IMG/VR virus record: IMGVR_UViG_2541047894_000004
DNA length: 35,499 nt
Reading direction: 5' to 3' (one strand)
Source: a virus
Taxonomy: Duplodnaviria > Heunggongvirae > Uroviricota > Caudoviricetes
Both the position numbers and the translations under genes were made by a program. Of this stretch, positions 8,490 to 17,033 are shown in pieces. The notes beneath the pieces were generated by a model that was given only the letters and a program-made list of their open reading frames with translations, searched no databases and was not told the DNA's origin. Each line of letters begins with the position of its first letter. Position 1 is the stretch's first letter.

Positions 8490-8888
8490 ATGGCAAAAGT
8501 ATTTACACAAGAAGAGCGGGAAAAAATCAAGGGACAGGTTGTTGAGCTAGTACGCCGGAGTGGGCGCGAGACGTTACGGCAACTGGAAGCCAAGACAGGT
8601 GCGACAAGATATCTGATGAGCGTTCTCGCCAGAGAGCTGGTTGCCAGTGGCGATGTATATAACTCTGGCTACGGGTTATTCCCGTCTGAACAGGCTCGTA
8701 AGGACTGGCAAAACGCCCGCAAAAAACTCTCGAGGGCAAAGGTGAAGAAAACATCTGTGGTTGATCCGGACCTTATCTGGTCATTACCTGACGGAGAAAT
8801 ACGTCGTTATGACAGGCACCAAAACATAATTTGCTGTGAGTGCCGGAAGAGCGAAGTTATGCAGCGCATACTGGCATTTTATCAGTGA
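8490..8888 (+). CDS. Hypothetical protein, 132 aa
   Basis: GGAGG RBS; ORF with protein-like composition immediately downstream of the previous gene; function unknown. Confidence 0.55.
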   Translation: MAKVFTQEEREKIKGQVVELVRRSGRETLRQLEAKTGATRYLMSVLARELVASGDVYNSGYGLFPSEQARKDWQNARKKLSRAKVKKTSVVDPDLIWSLPDGEIRRYDRHQNIICCECRKSEVMQRILAFYQ

Positions 8889-9069
8889 AATTTTCGTTAT
8901 TTATAGACGTAACTAGATTAAAGAGCATTAGTTCAGATGTGAATTGACATTTTCACGGCACAGGATTGAGCTAGCGTGGTTGTCTGCTTTGCGTCAAAAG
9001 CAGATATTACAAGATTTAGACATCTATTCCCGATAGCCCTGCTCTGATGCTACACTCTGTGCTATTTTC

Positions 9070-9756
9070 ATGACCCCAATAAAAATATTTATGACTATTG
9101 CTGATTTCAAACGGCCTAAATTGGAGCTCCCAAACGGGGCAAACAAACTACTACTGCACTCTTGCTGTGCTCCATGTTCCGGTGAAGTGATGGAGGCGCT
9201 TCAGGCCTCGGGAATCGACTATACCATCTTTTTCTACAACCCGAACATTCATCCTCAGAAAGAGTATTTAATTCGTAAGGATGAGAATATTCGCTTTGCT
9301 GAACAACACGGCGTGCCATTTATTGATGCTGATTACGACACAGACAACTGGTTTGAACGTGCCAAAGGAATGGAATGGGAGCCCGAGAGGGGGATCCGTT
9401 GTACCATGTGTTTTGACATGCGTTTTGAGCGGACAGCGCTGTACGCTGCTGAAAATGGTTTCAGTGTGATCAGCAGTTCACTGGGCATTTCACGCTGGAA
9501 AAATATGCAGCAGGTTAACGACTGTGGGCGGCGAGCCGTCGCGCATTATCCGGGCATGGTGTACTGGGATTATAACTGGCGCAAGCAGGGCGGCTCGTCC
9601 CGCATGATTGAAATCAGCAAGCGCGAAAAATTCTATCAGCAGGAATATTGTGGCTGTGTGTATTCTCTGCGCGATACCAATCTACACCGCAAATCTCAGG
9701 GACGCCCTCTTATCAAAATTGGTCAACTCCACTACGGTAAAGAAGAGAAGGAGTGA
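9070..9756 (+). CDS. queH: QueH-like epoxyqueuosine reductase (DUF208 family)
   Basis: [20 protein letters not shown], EPERGxRC and C-terminal YCGC motifs as recalled for QueH/DUF208; own upstream region and downstream terminator. Confidence 0.72.
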   Translation: MTPIKIFMTIADFKRPKLELPNGANKLLLHSCCAPCSGEVMEALQASGIDYTIFFYNPNIHPQKEYLIRKDENIRFAEQHGVPFIDADYDTDNWFERAKGMEWEPERGIRCTMCFDMRFERTALYAAENGFSVISSSLGISRWKNMQQVNDCGRRAVAHYPGMVYWDYNWRKQGGSSRMIEISKREKFYQQEYCGCVYSLRDTNLHRKSQGRPLIKIGQLHYGKEEKE

Positions 9757-9788
9757 TTTTATGGAGCACCTTTCTTATTGATTTCATA

Positions 9789-9817
9789 TTGGCGAGGTAG
9801 CGGGAGTTAAGTAAAAT
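9789..9817 (+). promoter_or_regulatory. Putative sigma70 promoter of the hok-like mRNA (TTGGCG-N17-TAAAAT)
   Basis: -35/-10 hexamers with 17-bp spacing about 6 nt upstream of GGGTGCTTGAGGCTATCTGCCTCA, which resembles the 5' end of plasmid R1 hok mRNA. Confidence 0.4.
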
Positions 9818-9884
9818 TGCTGCGGGTGCTTGAGGCTATCTGCCTCAGGCATGAACACCAAAAGGCAGATAGAGAAAAGCCCCA

Positions 9885-9950
9885 GTTAACATTACGCGTC
9901 TCTGCAAGACGCTTAACATTAATCTGAGGCTCAATCTATGCTGAACACAT
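9885..9950 (-). ncRNA. Possible Sok-like antisense RNA overlapping the mok initiation region (approximate)
   Basis: Inferred from hok/sok architecture; candidate minus-strand promoter TTGCCT-N17-TAACCT (rc of plus 9976-9981 and 9953-9958); hairpin GCGTCT/AGACGC at 9902-9918. Confidence 0.25.
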
Positions 9951-10143
9951 GCAGGTTAGCCTCTTACGTGCCGAAAGGCAAGGAGAAGCAGGCTATGAAG
10001 CAGTAAAAGGCGATGTTAATCGCCCTGATCGTCATCGGTTTAACCGTCATAGTGACGGCACTGGTAACGAGGAAAGACCTCTGCGAGGTACGAATCCGAA
10101 CCGGGCAGACGGAGGTCGCTGTCTTCACAGCTTACGAACCTGA
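9949..10143 (+). CDS. mok-like overlapping reading frame
   Basis: 64-aa ORF starting upstream of and overlapping the hok frame, as mok does in hok/sok loci. Confidence 0.4.
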   Translation: MQVSLLRAERQGEAGYEAVKGDVNRPDRHRFNRHSDGTGNEERPLRGTNPNRADGGRCLHSLRT

Positions 10144-10150
10144 GGAGTAA
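9995..10150 (+). pseudogene. hokD: Hok/Gef-family toxin gene (HokD/RelF-like) with an in-frame TAA at codon 4; 45-aa ORF possible from the internal ATG at 10013
   Basis: Reads MKQ*KAMLIALIVIGLTVIVTALVTRKDLCEVRIRTGQTEVAVFTAYEPEE; AGGAG RBS 9 nt before the ATG at 9995; the internal ATG lacks a good SD. Confidence 0.7.
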
Positions 10151-10220
10151 GAGACCGGGCGGGAGAGTAATCTCCCGCCACCTCTGATATGTCAGGCATC
10201 CTCAACGCACCCGCACTTAA

Positions 10221-10240
10221 CCCGCTTCGGCGGGTTTTTT
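10221..10240 (+). terminator. Rho-independent terminator of the hok-like transcript
   Basis: CCCGC-ttcg-GCGGG stem-loop followed by T6. Confidence 0.75.
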
Positions 10241-10358
10241 CACGTACTGTGGTTGTGAATACGATTGGTATTAGGCTATGCTAACAACATTAGCCTGACT
10301 AATTTTGTATTGACTTAATTTTTGTTAAAGAACAGGACGAAGACGTAAGGGTACACCA

Positions 10359-10538
10359 ATGAGCTACGCACTAAAAAAACACCCGCGATTGACTATTCCC
10401 CCTCGCGATAAAAGCGTTGTGGCAGCTCCGCGCCCGGCTATCGATGAAAATTGCACTCATCGTGAGCAGGTGAAAAATGCTTTCGATTTCGGTTTTTCTC
10501 GTTACGAGAAGGCAATGGAAGATCTTTCAAAAGTGTAA
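10359..10538 (+). CDS. Small protein upstream of doc, candidate antitoxin, 59 aa
   Basis: Hand-translated: MSYALKKHPRLTIPPRDKSVVAAPRPAIDENCTHREQVKNAFDFGFSRYEKAMEDLSKV; stop 10-19 nt before the doc start; no family assigned. Confidence 0.5.
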   Translation: MSYALKKHPRLTIPPRDKSVVAAPRPAIDENCTHREQVKNAFDFGFSRYEKAMEDLSKV

Positions 10539-10556
10539 TGATGGGTATTGTGCTCT

Positions 10557-11042
10557 ATGGCTGAGATTGTTGAAGGAGTGCACTACCTTTCGGTTGATGA
10601 TCTTACTGAAATTAATCGCCTTTTAATTGAGCTTCAAACACCAGATGAACCTGTTGGTGTGCTGAGTGTTGATAATTTAAGTTCTTCTCAGTCTCGTCCC
10701 AGTATGGTTCGATGGTATGAGCAAACCAACGACATGTTTGTACTGGCATCGGTATTGATTGAAAGTCTGATTCAGAATCATCCATTTGCCAATGCAAACA
10801 AGCGCACAGCAATGATGGCTGGTGCGGTTTTTTTATTGTTAAATGGATACGAATTAACCGCACCAGGCGATGAAGTTGTGGAGATGGCTGAGGGGCTGGC
10901 CTGTAAAATTTATACACGAGAAGAGCTTGAAAATTGGTTGTGTTATTGGTCTCGTGCGTATGACAGTCGGGAATTATGTAAAACAGGCGCAACTATTGTT
11001 TTGTATGAAACTATCAAGCTTAAAATAGAACAGCAAAACTAA
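10557..11042 (+). CDS. doc: Doc-family toxin (Fic/Doc fold), 161 aa
   Basis: HPFANANKR fits the Doc signature H-x-F-x-(D/N)-(A/G)-N-K-R; small gene immediately upstream; alternative TTG start at 10548. Confidence 0.78.
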   Translation: MAEIVEGVHYLSVDDLTEINRLLIELQTPDEPVGVLSVDNLSSSQSRPSMVRWYEQTNDMFVLASVLIESLIQNHPFANANKRTAMMAGAVFLLLNGYELTAPGDEVVEMAEGLACKIYTREELENWLCYWSRAYDSRELCKTGATIVLYETIKLKIEQQN

Positions 11043-11060
11043 AGATGCTTCTAATGAAAA

Positions 11061-11080
11061 CTCGCTTCGGCGGGTTTTTT
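11061..11080 (+). terminator. Rho-independent terminator after doc
   Basis: CTCGC-ttcg-GCGGG followed by T6; shares the 18-mer cgcttcggcgggtttttt with the hok terminator. Confidence 0.65.
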
Positions 11081-11265
11081 GTTGCGTGCTGAATATGCAG
11101 GGTGAAAAATAACCATATATTTGATTATATACACAGCCAAAAATAAAAGTCATTGTACCTGCACATTAAACAATCAAATATACGACGTGAAATAAATATT
11201 TTTCAGATTAATATTTTTGTCTCTATGTGGATATAACCTTTTGTACTTATAAACCTGGAGGCATC

Positions 11266-11478
11266 GTGGAAAAAATAAAGAAACTATTTAGTAGCAAATA
11301 CGCAGTCATACGTCGTGATGACCTGTCAGTTATAGTCGAAATGGATTACTTCCCTGAAACCCCAAAATCAATGATGTATCGTAATGGTCGAAAGGCAATT
11401 TTTTTACCGATGAGGGTAAGTGACATTATGGGAAATGATAAACTGCTGGATGAATTGCGAGTCAGAGCATCCTGTTAG
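11266..11478 (+). CDS. Hypothetical small protein, about 70 aa, GTG start, in an AT-rich segment
   Basis: GGAGG 4 nt upstream of the GTG at 11266; could be spurious. Confidence 0.3.
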   Translation: MEKIKKLFSSKYAVIRRDDLSVIVEMDYFPETPKSMMYRNGRKAIFLPMRVSDIMGNDKLLDELRVRASC

Positions 11479-11549
11479 TATTGGCATTAATTCTGATATA
11501 CTACATAACGGGCTGAACACCCATTCTACTGCGCCAGCGGAGAACTACG

Positions 11550-12149
11550 ATGGCGCATATACAACTGGTCAAACAAACCTCTTCCGGATTACTTCTCCCG
11601 GCGACGCCGGAGAGTTGCGATTTTCTGCATCAAATCAAAATAGGCGAGTGGATACACGCTGACTTTAAGCGTGTTCGTAACTACGCATTCCACAAGCGTT
11701 TTTTCAAACTCCTGCAACTCGGATTCGATTACTGGACTCCGGTCGGTGGGGCGATCACTCCTCGCGAACGAAAACTGGTGTCCGGTTTCGTTGATTATCT
11801 GTGTGAATCAGTAGGCCGGGAACATACGCCAGCTCTGAGCGAAGCCGCAGAGCAATATCTGAATACAGTTGCGACACGCAGAACCCGAGATACAGCATTG
11901 CTAAAGTCGTTTGAGGCTTTCCGCGAGTGGGTAACCATTCAGGCCGGATTTTACACCGAGCATATTTATCCGGACGGTAGCCGTGGGCGCAGGGCGAAAT
12001 CCATCTCGTTTGCGAATATGGACGAAACCGAGTTTCAGCAGGTTTATAAATCTGTGCTGAATGTACTGTGGAACTGGATTCTGTTCCGTAAATTTTCCTC
12101 TCCGGAACAAGTCGAAAATGTGGCCGCGCAGCTACTGGAGTTTGCGTAA
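11550..12149 (+). CDS. DUF1367-family phage protein (YbcN-like), 199 aa
   Basis: Sits upstream of the DUF1364/Q genes as in DLP12-type nin regions; family assigned from memory. Confidence 0.6.
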   Translation: MAHIQLVKQTSSGLLLPATPESCDFLHQIKIGEWIHADFKRVRNYAFHKRFFKLLQLGFDYWTPVGGAITPRERKLVSGFVDYLCESVGREHTPALSEAAEQYLNTVATRRTRDTALLKSFEAFREWVTIQAGFYTEHIYPDGSRGRRAKSISFANMDETEFQQVYKSVLNVLWNWILFRKFSSPEQVENVAAQLLEFA

Positions 12150-12439
12150 TGGTGGATTTACGTAAAGCGGCGCGGGGGCAGATGTGCACCGTCAGAATTC
12201 CTGGCTACTGCAATCACGATCCGGAAACGTCTGTGCTGGCGCATTACCGACTGGCGGGAACGTGCGGAACAGCGATAAAGCCACACGATATGCAGGCAGC
12301 GATTGCCTGTAGCTCGTGCCACGATTTAATCGACGGGCGGGTAAAAACCAGCGATTACACCAAAGAAGAATTACGCCTGATGCATGCAGAAGGTGTTTTT
12401 CGCACGCAAGAAATCTGGAGAAAGGAAGGTTATTTATGA
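12149..12439 (+). CDS. DUF1364-family Cys-rich protein (YbcO-like), 96 aa
   Basis: Start overlaps the upstream stop (TAATG); Cys-rich (C13, C21, C39, C54, C57). Confidence 0.65.
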   Translation: MVDLRKAARGQMCTVRIPGYCNHDPETSVLAHYRLAGTCGTAIKPHDMQAAIACSSCHDLIDGRVKTSDYTKEELRLMHAEGVFRTQEIWRKEGYL

Positions 12440-12972
12440 TTTACCCAACAAATACAGGCAAAAGCGGGGAACACCTTCGTCTCACCACGCTGGAAAGTGT
12501 CTGGATTCAGGGAAAACTGCGCATGTGGGGGCGCTGGTCGTATATTGGCGGCGGTAAGACGGGGAATATGTTTAACCAGTTGCTGGCGTCAAAAAAATTG
12601 ACGAAAACAGCCATCAATGAAGCCCTGCGCAGAATGAAAAAAGCGGGAATAGAGAAAGCTGAGCTGGAAGCGTTTTTGCGAGAGATGATCAACGGCAAGC
12701 AAAAGAGCTGGCTGGCGCATTGTACTGATGCAGAGGCACTAAAAATTGATAGTGTTATAGGTGAAGTTCTGGCGGATCATCCAGGACTACTAAATGTCCT
12801 GAGTCAGCGTTATGTGGGGCGAGGGATGAGTAAGAGAAGGATGGCCGAGTTATTAAACGAACAGTACCCAGAGTGGGCGTTGATTACATGCCGACGTCGT
12901 GTTGATCAGTGGTTGCGTGTTGCTGAGTTCATTTTGTATTCACCTATGAGAGAAGCGTTCGATTATGCTTAA
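12436..12972 (+). CDS. Late-gene antiterminator Q-like protein, 178 aa from the ATG at 12436
   Basis: Position immediately upstream of the late promoter/tRNA/lysis region; start overlaps the upstream stop (ATGA); AGGAAGG RBS. Confidence 0.75.
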   Translation: MIYPTNTGKSGEHLRLTTLESVWIQGKLRMWGRWSYIGGGKTGNMFNQLLASKKLTKTAINEALRRMKKAGIEKAELEAFLREMINGKQKSWLAHCTDAEALKIDSVIGEVLADHPGLLNVLSQRYVGRGMSKRRMAELLNEQYPEWALITCRRRVDQWLRVAEFILYSPMREAFDYA

Positions 12973-13068
12973 AAAATCATTGCAAAATGAGCCACAAACT
13001 GCTTCAATTTCGGTACGCTTCGCATAGCTGTATCGCGAGGCAAATTAAGCGCATGAACTTTAATACAA

Positions 13069-13088
13069 CCCGCCATTGAGCGGGTTTT
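13069..13088 (+). terminator. Terminator-like hairpin downstream of Q
   Basis: CCCGC-cattga-GCGGG followed by TTTT. Confidence 0.5.
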
Positions 13089-13227
13089 GTTGTTTCTGTG
13101 GCGTGATATCAGAAACGACATTTAATAATCGCCTTCAAAATAAATTTGTTTATACATTGTCATGTATATTTTAAGTGAAAGTGAATTATTCACATAAAAT
13201 AAAAACACATAAATAAATTTACATAAC

Positions 13228-13258
13228 TTGACGCAAAGTGTTGTTGCGATTGGAATAT
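13228..13258 (+). promoter_or_regulatory. Candidate late promoter (pR'-like); -10 not clearly resolved
   Basis: TTGACG -35-like hexamer in an AT-rich stretch downstream of Q and upstream of the tRNAs. Confidence 0.25.
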
Positions 13259-13334
13259 TAAATCGTATCATCGAAAACGGTTCTGAGGGGGAACTCTTCT
13301 TTGCTCGGTGATATCGCTCCCCTGAAGAACCAAT

Positions 13335-13410
<76 letters not shown>

Positions 13411-13413
13411 TAT

Positions 13414-13488
<75 letters not shown>

Positions 13489-13793
13489 GCATTTGAAACA
13501 AGCCTTATTGTATTGCGGCACTGGCGTATTTTTTTATTACGTGGGAGCAGGTTGTTTTGAAAAAGCATTCTGTTCTCTGGCTATGATTTGAGGCCGAGTG
13601 TAGCCTCAGTGCTGATTTTTTACGGCAGCAGAATGGTGCATTATCGGTGGAGATTTTGTATTTCCTGGCAGGGTCGGTGATGCATCATTCTGGTGTTGTA
13701 AAAGCACCGCAGAGGCGTTCCTCAGGGCGAGGGTGGTTTAAAGAGTCGGTTTAGCGGGAAACCACAGTATCCATACGGCACGGAATACTTCGG

Positions 13794-13816
13794 GAGGCAC
13801 CCGACGCCTCGGTTTT
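13794..13816 (+). terminator. Terminator-like hairpin
   Basis: GAGGC-acccgac-GCCTC followed by GGTTTT. Confidence 0.45.
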
Positions 13817-13851
13817 ATAACAATTAAATAATTCATCCCTTAATTGACCAA

Positions 13852-13876
13852 CCGCCGTATCAGGCGGTTTTTTTTA
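13852..13876 (+). terminator. Strong Rho-independent terminator (candidate tR')
   Basis: CCGCC-gtatca-GGCGG followed by T9. Confidence 0.7.
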
Positions 13877-14264
13877 TTCCTTTCTCAGGACAAAAAAATA
13901 CACGAGCATCCAGGAATACTCGTGGGACAACGTCCTTTGGATAGCAATTTGCGAGAGGGTGAAAAGTAGCGCGGTCGTCGGATTAAGACCGCGGGACAAA
14001 GTCCATGAAGAAGAATAAGTATCGGTCTCCTTCCGGAGACGAGTTGATATTACTAAGCTTTAAAAATGGTTTAAATCCTCAGATCAACCTTAATTTCAGA
14101 TAAGGTTTATTTCATTTTCTCCGCGTCACATCCGACGCACATCACATCAGATAACACCACACAAAAGGCATCTGCGGGTGTCTTTGACGGGGTGTTTTTT
14201 ACGGGCCGCTGGTGGCCATTTTTTGTTTCCATTACACAGCGCCCGCATCTGCGAGGTGGGGGTT

Positions 14265-14480
14265 ATGAAATCCATGGATAAGTTAACAACGGGTGTCGCC
14301 TATGGCACCTCCGCAGGCAGTGCTGGCTACTGGTTTTTACAGCTGCTCGATAAAGTCACGCCCTCACAGTGGGCAGCAATAGGTGTGCTGGGTAGCTTGG
14401 TATTTGGCCTGCTGACGTACCTGACAAACCTTTATTTCAAGATTAAAGAAGATAAGCGCAAGGCTGCGAGAGGTGAATAA
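14265..14480 (+). CDS. S: Class II holin, phage-21 S21-like pinholin, dual start M-K-S-M, 71 aa
   Basis: [71 protein letters not shown] closely resembles recalled S21; two TMDs; GAGGTGGGGG RBS. Confidence 0.88.
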
Positions 14481-14977
14481 TGCCTCCATCATTACGAAAA
14501 GCCGTTGCTGCTGCTATTGGTGGCGGAGCAATTGCTATAGCATCAGTGTTAATCACTGGCCCAAGTGGTAACGATGGTCTGGAAGGTGTCAGCTACATAC
14601 CATACAAAGATATTGTTGGTGTATGGACTGTATGTCACGGGCATACAGGAAAAGACATCATGCTCGGTAAAACGTATACCAAAGCAGAATGCAAAGCCCT
14701 CCTGAATAAAGACCTTGCCACGGTCGCCAGACAAATTAACCCGTACATAAAAGTTGATATACCGGAAACAACGCGCGGCGCTCTTTACTCGTTCGTTTAC
14801 AACGTGGGCGCTGGCAATTTCAGAACATCGACGCTTCTTCGCAAAATAAACCAGGGCGATATCAAAGGCGCATGTGATCAGCTACGTCGCTGGACATATG
14901 CTGGCGGTAAGCAATGGAAAGGTCTCATGACTCGTCGTGAGATTGAGCGTGAAATCTGTTTGTGGGGTCAGCAATGA
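14480..14977 (+). CDS. R: SAR endolysin (R21-like lysozyme), 165 aa
   Basis: N-terminal Gly/Ala-rich weakly hydrophobic SAR segment ([20 protein letters not shown]); start overlaps the holin stop; length matches R21. Confidence 0.88.
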   Translation: MPPSLRKAVAAAIGGGAIAIASVLITGPSGNDGLEGVSYIPYKDIVGVWTVCHGHTGKDIMLGKTYTKAECKALLNKDLATVARQINPYIKVDIPETTRGALYSFVYNVGAGNFRTSTLLRKINQGDIKGACDQLRRWTYAGGKQWKGLMTRREIEREICLWGQQ

Positions 14978-15438
14978 ACAGAGTAACCGCGATTATCTCC
15001 GCTCTGGTTATCTGCATCATCGTCTGCCTGTCATGGGCTGTTAATCATTACCGTGATAATGCCATTACCTACAAAGCGCAACGCGATAATGTGAAGGAAA
15101 AACTCAACCAGGCGACCGCAATCATTACTGACATGCAGATACGCCAGCGTGATGTTGCTGCACTCGATGCAAAATACCTGAAGGAGTTAGCTGATGCGAA
15201 AGCTGAAAATGATGCTCTGCGTGATGATGTTGCCGCTGGTCGTCGTCGGTTGCACATCAAAGCAGTCTGTCCGTCCGTGCGTGAAGCCACCATCGCCTCC
15301 AGCGTGGATAATGCAGTCTCCCCCAGACTGGCAGACACCGCTGAACGGGATTATTTCACCCTCCGGGAACGACTGGTAATGATGCAGGCCCAACTTGAAG
15401 GTGCTCAGCAATACATAACCGAACAGTGTTTAAAGTAA
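14974..15438 (+). CDS. Rz: i-spanin Rz
   Basis: N-terminal TMD ([20 protein letters not shown]) followed by a coiled-coil-like region; start overlaps the endolysin stop (ATGA). Confidence 0.85.
   Translation: MNRVTAIISALVICIIVCLSWAVNHYRDNAITYKAQRDNVKEKLNQATAIITDMQIRQRDVAALDAKYLKELADAKAENDALRDDVAAGRRRLHIKAVCPSVREATIASSVDNAVSPRLADTAERDYFTLRERLVMMQAQLEGAQQYITEQCLK
15194..15379 (+). CDS. Rz1: o-spanin Rz1 lipoprotein embedded in Rz in the +1 frame
   Basis: Signal peptide with lipobox (LPLVVVGC), Pro-rich mature part; lies wholly inside Rz. Confidence 0.8.
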   Translation: MRKLKMMLCVMMLPLVVVGCTSKQSVRPCVKPPSPPAWIMQSPPDWQTPLNGIISPSGNDW

Positions 15439-15575
15439 AATCTTAACTACAATATGATTCATTTTGATGATTGTTTCATAAGGAACAGTGAAGTAAGATC
15501 TAAGATGAGTTAAATTTTATACAGTATAATCATAATGTTGCAGCAAGGTGGTTATAATTGAAAGAATATTTAGAT

Positions 15576-17033
15576 ATGAATACATCTCATGTAAGAGTTG
15601 TTACTCATATGTGTGGGTTCCTGGTTTGGCTCTATAGTCTTTCAATGTTGCCACCAATGGTTGTAGCATTGTTTTATAAAGAAAAAAGCCTGTTCGTTTT
15701 CTTTATAACTTTCGTTATATTTTTTTGCATTGGTGGCGGAGCGTGGTATACAACTAAGAAATCTGGTATTCAATTACGTACCCGTGATGGGTTTATTATA
15801 ATTGTAATGTTTTGGATTTTGTTTTCTGTTATTAGTGCATTCCCTTTATGGATTGACTCAGAACTTAATTTAACGTTTATTGATGCTCTATTTGAAGGGG
15901 TTTCTGGAATAACAACAACAGGAGCAACTGTAATTGATGATGTTAGTTCATTACCTCGGGCATATTTGTACTATCGGTCACAGTTAAATTTTATAGGTGG
16001 CTTAGGAGTTATTGTTCTGGCGGTTGCTGTATTGCCATTATTGGGTATTGGTGGTGCAAAGCTTTATCAGTCAGAAATGCCAGGGCCATTTAAGGATGAC
16101 AAACTTACTCCCCGCCTGGCCGATACGTCACGGACACTTTGGATAACTTATTCTTTATTAGGTATTGCTTGTATTGTCTGTTATAGACTTGCAGGAATGC
16201 CTTTGTTTGATGCTATTTGTCACGGGATATCCACAGTTTCGCTTGGTGGTTTCTCAACTCATAGCGAGAGTATCGGATATTTTAATAACTATTTGGTTGA
16301 GCTGGTGGCTGGTTCTTTTTCCCTGCTATCGGCTTTCAACTTCACCCTTTGGTATATTGTTATTAGCAGGAAAACGTTAAAACCTTTAATCAGAGATATT
16401 GAACTTCGTTTCTTTCTGTTAATAGCCTTAGGGGTGATCATTGTTACCTCTTTCCAGGTCTGGCATATAGGTATGTATGACTTGCCTGGAAGTTTTATTC
16501 ATTCGTTTTTTCTTGCCAGCTCCATGCTCACTGATAATGGTTTAGCTACGCAGGATTATGCAAACTGGCCCACGCACACGATAGTGTTTTTGCTGTTGTC
16601 AAGTTTCTTTGGGGGATGTATAGGTTCAACTTGTGGTGGAATTAAGTCACTTCGATTTCTTATACTTTTCAAACAAAGCAAACACGAGATAAACCAGCTT
16701 TCTCATCCCAGAGCGTTGTTGAGTGTAAATGTAGGAGGGAAGATAGTTACAGATCGTGTAATGAGGTCTGTATGGAGTTTCTTTTTTCTTTATACTCTCT
16801 TCACGGTGTTTTTTATACTGGTGTTAAATGGTATGGGATATGATTTTCTTACATCATTTGCAACAGTGGCTGCATGTATTAATAATATGGGATTAGGTTT
16901 TGGGGCTACTGCATCGTCATTCGGAGTGCTTAATGACATTGCAAAATATTTAATGTGCATAGCTATGATTCTTGGTCGCCTTGAAATTTATCCTGTTATT
17001 ATATTGTTTTCAGGTTTTTTTTGGCGCTCCTAA
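15576..17033 (+). CDS. trkG: Potassium uptake protein TrkG (TrkH family), 485 aa
   Basis: Polytopic membrane protein; MNTSHVRVVTHMCGFLVWLYSLSMLPPMVVALFYKEKS... matches recalled Rac TrkG; AT-rich relative to its neighbours. Confidence 0.93.
   Translation: MNTSHVRVVTHMCGFLVWLYSLSMLPPMVVALFYKEKSLFVFFITFVIFFCIGGGAWYTTKKSGIQLRTRDGFIIIVMFWILFSVISAFPLWIDSELNLTFIDALFEGVSGITTTGATVIDDVSSLPRAYLYYRSQLNFIGGLGVIVLAVAVLPLLGIGGAKLYQSEMPGPFKDDKLTPRLADTSRTLWITYSLLGIACIVCYRLAGMPLFDAICHGISTVSLGGFSTHSESIGYFNNYLVELVAGSFSLLSAFNFTLWYIVISRKTLKPLIRDIELRFFLLIALGVIIVTSFQVWHIGMYDLPGSFIHSFFLASSMLTDNGLATQDYANWPTHTIVFLLLSSFFGGCIGSTCGGIKSLRFLILFKQSKHEINQLSHPRALLSVNVGGKIVTDRVMRSVWSFFFLYTLFTVFFILVLNGMGYDFLTSFATVAACINNMGLGFGATASSFGVLNDIAKYLMCIAMILGRLEIYPVIILFSGFFWRS

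Noticed and set aside
12316-12435. N-terminal 40-codon extension of the Q ORF
   Set aside because: Overlaps the DUF1364 gene in another frame; the ATG at 12436 has an RBS and the usual ATGA coupling.
13270-13334. Possible third tRNA or tRNA fragment just upstream of tRNA-Thr (…GGTTCTGAGGGGGAACTCTTC…CTCCCCTGAAGAACCA)
   Set aside because: Only a partial hairpin (GGGG/CCCC) ending in CCA; no acceptor stem or anticodon arm could be built by hand. More likely a leader or processing hairpin; needs tRNAscan/Infernal.
14178-14264. N-terminal extension of the holin ORF (100 aa in the ORF track)
   Set aside because: The extension lacks an RBS and runs through a hairpin; the ATG at 14265 with a strong RBS gives the canonical 71-aa pinholin with the MKSM dual start.
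16165-16380. 71-aa ORF inside trkG in another frame, and 16972-17253 spanning the trkG 3' end
   Set aside because: Embedded in a strongly supported membrane-protein gene or in AT-rich intergenic DNA; no RBS.
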